DNA of 64,000 bases from Lingula anatina (Eukaryota; Animalia; Brachiopoda). Under the pieces are notes generated by a model. It searched no databases, had not been told where the DNA came from, and saw only the letters and a program-made list of their open reading frames with translations. Shown in pieces: positions 54,611 to 64,000 of this stretch; within the stretch, counting starts at the first letter, position 1, and the number at the start of each line of letters is the position of its first letter. A program made the position numbers and the translations under genes. The DNA lies in NCBI GenBank assembly GCA_051362555.1, contig CM120645.1, positions 1,736,001 to 1,800,000 on the forward strand. The letters run 5' to 3'.

Positions 54611-57104
54611 AGCAATTGTTGAAGCACAAATACTGTTAGCCTTTCTGACTTTGATACACAAACACTAAACATACGGCGTATTGTATTGTGGACATATTGT
54701 AATTCGTTTGTGGGAGACGCCTTTGTGTTGAATGATGGAGGAAAATGGAGACATGGGAGATGCATTATAGTGTATAGTACTGACATAGGGAACTCTTTTT
54801 ATGTCATGCCACACGTTAAAATACAGATAACATCTTTTTGGGTAAAAATAGTTGACTGATTTTAACGAGACCATGTGTGTTTTTATTACACGCGAGGCAC
54901 AATACCTCAACCTTTTATCCAAGTCAATTTGATCTCCATAACTTGGATGTAATAGGTCATGTGATTAAGGCCTTCTGACAAGGCCCAAAACCCCTTGCTT
55001 CACTGGAAAAAAACGCATTAGTCCATTAAAAAAAGAAAACTATTTTTTACCAGCATTACACAAAAGCCAATGAAAAAAATGTTTCACTTACCATATTTTT
55101 TGTGAGGCTAGTTGTTTAAAACAAATGTTATTAATATGTATATATACAAATATGCATTCAGCTGTGAAATCAGGTGTCCTCTGATGAATGCATGGCTGAC
55201 GCTTAATTGGGTGGGGGGAGGGGGGGGGACGTATCTGCAGAAATATGTAGAAAAATCTGTTTTCTGTCATTTGAAGCCAACTTTTGTTTGCAGAATCAAG
55301 TTAAATTTCTTAATTTCCTAGATTGATTTATGCATCTCATAATGTTACGCTAATATCGATAACCAGAATGTATGTGGTTAAGAGAAAGCCGTGTGAGATG
55401 AATGTGTGTTGTTTCCATTGAAAACCTTAATTTGTTGCTTCTCTCCAGGAGCTTAAAGAAGAAATTAAAATATACAAAGACAAAATTGTTTTCCAGTTGG
55501 CATTCACTAGGTTTAGATTTGAGATTTGGTATATTTTGATATGTAAATTGACTGTAACAAACAACAGCAATATACATTTGTCACGGGCATAGATGTGACT
55601 AACAGGCAAGGATATAAGAGCATTGACAGAAGGTCAGATTTCTTTTAAAATTGTTCCAAGTGTCATATTAGCAGTAGAAAACGCCACAGTTCAGCTGCAG
55701 TCGTAGGTCAAGTTGTGTTAGGTCCAGCAATGGGAGAATTGATGGTGAAAACGGAAGGGAAATTATTTGGGCTAGAGAGGGAAGTTACATTGCCTTTGGT
55801 TTTTTAGTACCACTACTATTTCTGTTACACAGCAGGTTAGTTTTTCTTAAACTTGAATCCTTATCCCACAGTTCTTCATTTTAACATCACTGATCACTAT
55901 ATCACTAAAAAGATGCTGAGCTCCTCAACTGGCTGTGTGTCAGAATCCCTATGTAGAGAATTGAGTTTATCTGTGAATTTTATAATTGATCACCCTTGGA
56001 GGTGATCCATTACTTATATAAATGTATGTTCAAAAGGATTGGTACTGTCTTGGCATGTGAAGTTGTAATGAGTAGGTGTGCACGCTTCCCATGGAATTCC
56101 AGTACGCTCTTGTGTGCTAATTATTGTAACTAATTCAGAAAAAGCTCAACTAAATCTACCTAAAGTTTGTATGTAGTGATATGTATCTGTTAAATAGCAA
56201 TTTTTTAAGAAGTAGCAAATGATTGTATTTCAATATTAAGTGTATGAAAAATAACTAATCCTTTTTAAAAGCACATTTTGTTTTCTTGTTATTTCCTTCC
56301 CCTTTTCTGTGCTCACTGCAAAGAATTAATGATCTTTTAAATTATATATTTAAGTTAAAGCAAGTGATATTTAAACAATCTTGTATTGTATGAACAGCCC
56401 ACTTTTAATTCCACTGATGCAGATATATGCCAACCTTAGAAAATGTATGTTAACCTGATATTGAAGTGCAAATGCATTTGGGGTCCCTCTTGGGGCAAAC
56501 CAAAAACGGTATGCTTAACCTTTTTTTGTTGTTGTTGCAGAGTTACTTCTTTGTTGAGGTATTGAATAAAAAAATCTTCACAAAGATCAACACAATCTTG
56601 GGGGAAAATATTTTGTAATCTGGATATTTGTTCAGTTGGGATTGGGAAAAATATTTCCCCAAAGTTAAGTACACAAGCTTTAGAGGGGTGGGGGAATTTT
56701 GTAATCTTTATATTCATTCTGGAGAGGAGTGTGTGTGTGTTGGGGGGGGGGGGGGGGCATGCATGTCCAGGAAACTACCTAGAGAATTGGTGCATAAACC
56801 CAGTGAAAGAATACCAACCAACTGGAGAATCCCTCTCTTCCTTTTCAAGATTGGAATAAATTTAATAGTTGTTTGATGTCTCTACCACTGAAATGGGCTG
56901 TAATTATCTCTTGGCAAATTAAAAAAAAAATCATCTTTCACTTCATGTTGACTGAAGTAAAAAGAAAGATAAGAAAATTTATATAAACTTCTTTAGTTCA
57001 TGCAAGCTTAAAGCTATTTTCTGTTTATTAACATTATTATTAATTTTTAGGAGGGGGGTCTGGAATGAATTTATTGGAAATGCATGCTAGAATTAACAAT
57101 TTGA

Positions 57105-57551
<447 letters not shown>

Positions 57552-58963
57552 TCCTGGTCGCATAACACCAAACATAGAAATGGGTTGGGTATTTCCATCC
57601 CTAGAAAAACTAACAACATCTTCATTATCATTTTCTGGGAACATGAGCTGAAGTTGGAGACAGTTTTGAGACAATTTTTTTTCATGAACTCAACCTGCAT
57701 CTAAAACTGCAAGCTGTGAAAATTGTCGTGTAGCATTTTCATTGGTCTACGGACAAGTTTCATAGCTTGTGAACTTGATTGCTGGTCATGTCGTTGGTTT
57801 GATGAACTGTATGTGTTTACAGACTTTGTGTGTGGAAGTTTGTCACCATAACCAGAGAGCAACCAGCAGGGGGAGCCAGGTGACCAGTAGTGCACCAGAA
57901 GATGGTGCTACACCAAGAAGTGCCATCTAAAAAAGCACGATTTATACATTTCCTAATTGATAAGGGTTTCCCATCAAATAACTCTTTCACTTGGTTACCG
58001 AAGTTTTTATGAAAGTAATTATAAATCCCCCTTTCTAGTAACCTCTTGGATATGGTGCATAAACACACAGAAAGAAAGCTAGGTTGAGTTGATATGTATA
58101 CTTTTATGTGCAGCTCCCAGGAAAATGTATATTAATATGTGCAGTCAGGTGCAATGGCTGTCATCATTGTATTTTCAGTGTATAGAAATCAGTTGTATAG
58201 CTTGCTGGATATCTCTGCTTGATGCATGTGTTGCAGGTGGCTTGTCTTGAGTTTTCAAAATTAAGAGGAAAGAAAATGACTGTTGAAATGTTATTTTCAG
58301 CCAGTTGTAACATTTAGTGCTATTTTACAATCAGTGCAAAAAAGGGAAATGTTTAGGTTTTGGTTTACTGAATAAAATGTGAAAAATTGACTTCTATTGC
58401 AATTTGGCATTCTAGAGTTATCTCTGTAGCTTCAATGTTGCCTGAGAAAAGGAACTTTTTAAATTGAACAAAAGTAATCAAGTATTCAAAGGTAATTTTG
58501 ATAACAATTAAAACTTTCACACTTCCAGAAAATTGTTTACTTATATTTATTTCCATATGCCAAACGTAGGGTTTAGTTGTAAAAAATAATTGAAAATTAA
58601 TGGTCAAATTACTTCGGGGTAATTACTATGTATTATAGCAACGATAGAAGTAGAATTAGCTTAGATGAAAACTCTGAAGTGCAGGAAGAGACAAATACAG
58701 CTATTTTCTCTGTAGTCTACAACTCTTCAGCTCCATTCACTCTAAACTTACTGTTTCTAATAGATTTAGTATTTTTTTCTGGCATGGCGCACAGCTGGAT
58801 GTGAGCTCTGCTTCACAAGAAGGACACGGCTTCAAACCATTATCAATATCAGCCACTGTGGCAGAAATGTGGCTCATAACACACTGCGTTGTATACTTAG
58901 TGAGATGGTCTGAAGCTGCACTATTTTCGGGAAGTTTTGATAACTAACTATGCCACACAGGGT

Positions 58964-59136
58964 TTGGGGTAGCATTAGCAATATTTTTCTGCTCAGCCAA
59001 GTCGCTGCTTTTTCCATCTTATTTTTCTCAAAACGGTCTAATTTTGACTGAAACAAGTCAAATCAACCCTATTTTGTTGAGCCATTTTAAGTCAGTTTTA
59101 GCATTTGGTTAAATTGGTGTGTTGGCACTACCCCAG
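58964..59136. mobile_element. Inverted second copy of the same MITE, downstream of exon C
   Basis: Reverse complement aligns by eye with 50432-50603 (e.g. ACAAGTCAAATCAACC vs GGTTGATTTGACTTGT). Confidence 0.7.
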
Positions 59137-60895
59137 GGGGTTTAACTCTCCTTTGCAAGTTATCAACAAATTTTCTTCCTTATGTTTTTGAAATCAATTA
59201 ATTGGCTGTCTGTTATGTGATAGCAAAGCTAGTGAGTTGTCAATCTCTCAAAGTGAGATAGTTTAGACCGTCTCAGTTAAGTTTACTGCTAGGTGTGCTA
59301 AGTGGACTTTAGAAATTTATTTCATTGGTAAATTTGGCAAAACTACATTTTCATGGAGATTGTTTTTGGTCTGATTGAAAGGTGTATATGTGAAATTCAA
59401 CTGAAAGAATATAAACAGGTTGAATGTGCTCTCTGTGTATGCTATTATAATAGTAAAAGAAAACATTTTCTATCTACAGAGAAAAGATGGCTTTGTATTC
59501 CACATTTTTAGTAACTGTAGTTTTACTATCAAGTTGCAATAACTGTATTTGCTGAGTATGTATAGTGAACTGATTTTTCTTGACTGTCCAATCTATTAAA
59601 GGAATAAATTAATAGTAACTACATATGTCGTTGTGTTAGTACTTCTGCAGAGAAAGTTCCATTTTGCGTAAATTTTGACTAGTTGTAGCCCTATGATTAA
59701 ACCCCAAATTTAAGACACGTCCAACAATGCCCTTTGAAAAGTACTTTTTCTTTTACAAATTCCAATTTTTACGTCTTTATGCAAGGTCGGTCTTTCGTAT
59801 GTATGTAGAAAATGAGGCTACTCTATGATTTTACAAAGAATTGTACATTAAATTTCATAATTTTTCTCAGAAAATTCATTGCAAATAAAGCCTTTGGCAA
59901 CTGCCTGTCAAGTTTTTATAATTTGTGATATTGTTTCAAAATTAAAAAAAAAACAAAAAAAAACGAAAGAGGCCATTTTCCATTACTGTTTTATTTCGCA
60001 TGTCTTCACAGTTGAAATTCCAGTAAATGTACGAACCCCACTGTTTATTTTTTACCCAACCCCAGTACACCACCCTGAGTATCATAGTATATCATTGCGA
60101 TATTTCCATCAGGACCCGTTTCACAAAATGTCTTGATTCCAAAATTTGGTCTAAACTTCGAACCAAATTTTTCTCCACTTCGTCCCAAAATGAATCAGTT
60201 ATTTTTTAGTCCAAGTAAAGGAAATATCGTGCAGCATTTATAACATAAATAATTTTTCTAGTGTTTTAGACCAATGATTACTTTATTTTAAAGAACTATG
60301 CGCTTATTTTGAACTGAACTTGACCAAATTTTCTGGCTTAAGTTTGCTTGTGAAACTGGTCCCAACAATTGAATACTCAGGGTGCACTACTGAATATACA
60401 TTAAACCTCGAGGGACTAAGAATCGTATGTACAATCTGGGGGACAAGTCATTTGACAATATACAAGAAAAACTTACTGAACTGTCTGTACATTTGTTCAC
60501 AATTCATTATACAAGATTTCCCTTTACTCCCATACTTCTGTGTTATAATTCAAAAATAACTTTCAAGGTTTCCTCGTCTTTGTATAAATGCAGTTAATTA
60601 AAATAGACCTACTACAAGCATTATAACATTTCTTCAAATTAAGTTAGTACATTTATTCTCTCAAGGTATATCAATTTTAATGGTCACATCTAAGGGGAAG
60701 AGGTTTAGAGAATGACATCAATTTAAACTCGATTGCGCTCAAATTAAAAATGCAAATTGAAAATCTTAGGTCTGGTGCAATTTACAAAATAAATTAATAA
60801 TAATAATAAAAAATTAAATACCATCCTCTGCAGAGATAAGGTATCTAAATGCATTTTTTTTGTCAAATTCATCAATGTGAACCCTGGTGACACAT

Positions 60896-60945
<50 letters not shown>

Positions 60946-61288
60946 CTTTTCACAGGTTAACCAAAAGCGTTTAAGAATTTGGGGCTCTGGATACTCAAAC
61001 TAAAAAATAAATAAATGAAAAAAAGGGCTTTATTTTACACCTCTGGATGAACCAAGTAATTAGTGTTTTGTAGGTAATAAACAGATAGGTCATCATGAAC
61101 AGGGTTTCTACCGGTAAAATATACTATCACAACTCTCACTGTGCTGTGTCTGACATGCATGAATTAGGCATTACTTGTAGGTGTGGGCTAGAAAACCTGA
61201 CATGGTAAAAAAAAAAAAAAAAAAAAAACTTAAATCGAATGGGATGAGCTACTTGGGATTAGAAATAGGACAAATAGTGTGGAATCCT

Positions 61289-61329
<41 letters not shown>

Positions 61330-61751
61330 GTTTCCTTGTTCATACTCTATTTAGAGGATTGCTATAAGTTAAATGTACCTGTTTTTGTACAAGGTTAGTG
61401 GTCCTACCTTCCCCACATAATACTATGTAAACCTTTATATGTGTGTCACTACATGGCAGAGAATATTATATCATTATTGACTTTTGCTAGAGATCTGCAA
61501 AACAACACACTGACCAAAAGCAAAAGTCAACAAGTGCTTTATTATACAAAGTAATACCTGAATGTCTGTGTCCTTCTAGATAACATGGCCATCATTTAAC
61601 ATTACTGTCTTAGTTTTAACAACATATTTTCTTTTCTGTGACTTGCCAAAAAGCCTGTGAAGGTATCATTGTTTCGTAAAGATGTCATCCATTGATATTA
61701 TGTTTTATGAGTCCTCAAATGCCCTGTTAAAAGATCATAATCTATCACCCC

Positions 61752-61954
61752 ATTTCCATAGATTAGATCGACCTACTTTAGATCGACCTAACTCCCTGGG
61801 GGTTCACGCTAAATAGCTGTCAGCCGAGCAGACACGAAAGTTAATTATCCCCTTACAGCTTGTAGTAGGCGGGACGGACATTTAAGTCGGATTATCTGAA
61901 AGTAATCTAGTGAGACTCCCCACGGGGATAGATCGATCTAAAATCTATGGGAAT
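61752..61954. mobile_element. Probable MITE in the MON2 3'UTR region
   Basis: Imperfect inverted termini ATTTCCATAGATTAGATCGACCTA / TAGATCGATCTAAAATCTATGGGAAT. Confidence 0.5.
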
Positions 61955-62744
61955 AGAGCCTATGTCAATCATAGAAAACCTGCACTAAAGAAGTGCTGCC
62001 AAAACTGAAGAAATGCGCAACAGGACATACATTGCTACACTACATCTCATGTCAAACCTTTCAATGAAACCAATGACATTTCTGTTTTTTTTAAATCAAA
62101 ATTGTCTTTTTCACTGAATTATTAGTCCATGTATAATCAACTATCAACAATACTTCATAACCAATTTCATCATCTACTGTATGGAAATCCTCGATAACCA
62201 CTATGAAGCTAGCAACAATGGAGAAACATCCAGTGACTATTGTAGCAAATGTTCTGTTCCCAGGGTTGCCACCAGTTTTATATTTATCACATAGTTTGTA
62301 CAGCAATATCCTGAACTTCAGGAAACTAAGATTAACTTTTACCCCTGGACACTCTACTCTGTCAGTTCCTTAACAACTCTGAAACTCGGGCAAACCCTTA
62401 CTTATGGAAATTTTCCAATACCTCAATTATAGTTCTAATATCTTAATTGTTCAAGATTTAATCTTCTCAGTCACTTATGAAAATGTTCTTTTGGCATGGA
62501 GCCAACCCGCACTCATCAAAACTTTTGAATCGCCATTTTCATTATTACTTTTAGGAACTATATTAATTAATTTTTTATTAATTTTTGAGAGTAATTTCCA
62601 AAATGCCCCCAGACAAAAATTGCACATTTACATATTTATATCAGCACCCAAAACCTCGTCGTAATGAACATAGAAAATCTTCACATTTAACAAGAATTTT
62701 TCTCCTGGTATCAGTTTCTCCACAGCAGACATTACCACATCCAA

Positions 62745-64000
62745 TCAGAGACCATTTTGCACACCACTAGGGGGTGCTAGTAGTTCTTTAAATTCATGAA
62801 GTGACTCTTTCAAAGCTTTAGAGACATGGGGGGATCCAGAAGTAGTGCAGTCTACTAAGTGTGGGTACAGCTGTATCACCTGGCTCCAGATGCTGGGGTC
62901 AACTGAAAAATTAATATTAAAAAAACAAATAAAGTAACAAATGGAACAAAAATTGTATTGTGGAAGATATATCTGACATGTCTTTAGCTTACAAAATCTG
63001 TCTTGTTGTGCAACAGTGCATTTTAGTCATGAAGATTACAGAACAAAGGGGAATGTCTCTCTGGTTATTAAAGACTGTCAGTCAAGAAAGCTGACTCCAC
63101 CACTTTTGGCATTAATTCTCTCTAGGTATTGAAAAACTGTCAGTCAAGAAGGTTGTCAACTGTCAGTCAAGAAGCTGGGAAGTATAGGTAAAATCTCCAC
63201 ATGTGTAATTTTCTGCATTTTGAAATCATAACCGTACTTACTGTTTGCTTGTGGTGCTTTCTTGAGTGAAGACAAAAGAGTTGCCACAGCTTTCAACACA
63301 GAACACATCTCTGCCATCCGGGGTCTGAAACAGAAAATATATTTTTTTGCCATGAAAAATTAATAATACGAAAGTGTTCACTCTTATAGTGCTATATTTT
63401 ATTTTCTAAATATGGGTGTCTACATGGTAGATGTTAACTAGGGGAGCTACTTCTTGTTCAGGTAGGTTCAATAAATGATGGATCTAAAAATCTTAGGTAC
63501 AGTATAAGGGGCACTCCCTGGGCAGGAATTGGGACAACCCAACATTGCCAGTATCTTTGCCAACAATCAAATTGAACATATTCTAAGAATGCCCTAAGTT
63601 CTTAAAGTGTTATTCTCTTCCTTATGTTTATTACCATGTCAAACCAACGATCTACAAGATTTGAAAACTGCAGTGTTGGCAAATGCAACCCTCATCGAGG
63701 CACAGCTTAAATGGTCAATCAAACCTGCTTAAGCAATAGCGCCACTTCATTAGGCATTTCAGCCTTACTTTGTCCTTGGTATTTAAGATGTACTTGCAGT
63801 CCCCCTGTGGCAGCTTGACTTAGCAACAGCAAACAAAGTGACGATTATTTTTTTAAATGCGCAGAAAACCAAATATTCATTTTGGTGTCACGCCAAGCTG
63901 TTGCATGGTAAGAAACTGTGAACACATTGCTGTGAAGCCACACCAAGCCTTCAAAACTGAACCATAGGGGGCACTAGTTGTCAGCTTGGTAAATACCTTG
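62745..64000 (-). CDS. MON2: MON2 homolog, final exons
   Basis: Exon end at 63997 (AG|GTATTT), exon 63324-63242 (RPRMAEMCSVLKAVATLLSSLKKAPQAN) and exon 62902-62745 (IDPSIWSQVIQLYPHLVDCTTSGSPHVSKALKESLHEFKELLAPPSGVQNGL*). This matches the MON2 C-terminus as I recall it (VLKAVSTLIDSLKK...WAQVIALYPTLVEC...VQNG). Minus-strand AATAAA near 61540. Confidence 0.88.

Noticed and set aside
59879-62770. Short ORFs between RhoA and MON2 (e.g. 62091-62306)
   Set aside because: Low-complexity AT-rich intergenic or MON2 3'UTR sequence with no recognisable protein features.

Overview
AT-rich, intron-containing animal DNA, probably a marine invertebrate (taxon not determinable from the window). Positions 1-47179 are a tandem segmental duplication of an ~18-23 kb unit: the tail of unit 1 (<1-6515), unit 2 (6516-29182) and unit 3 (29183-47179). 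Each full unit carries two divergent, CAAX-less RhoA-derived genes on the + strand (called RhoX and RhoY here). Each unit also carries a minus-strand multi-exon gene for a secreted protein: signal peptide, a basic Cys-rich domain, nine near-identical TIL-like Cys-rich repeat exons, a Cys/Pro hinge built from 15-21 nt micro-exons, and a rapidly diverging C-terminal domain that resembles bacterial PPC-type beta-sandwich domains. Positions ~47600-59610 hold a canonical RhoA/Rho1 gene in which one shared coding exon (aa 1-52) is followed by three complete alternative terminal exons. These would yield three Rho proteins differing in insert helix, polybasic tail, CAAX box and 3'UTR. The window ends in the last exons of a convergent MON2 gene. 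LINE relics and several MITEs distinguish the duplicated units. All gene models were read by eye from splice signals and reading frame; no database search or expression data were available.
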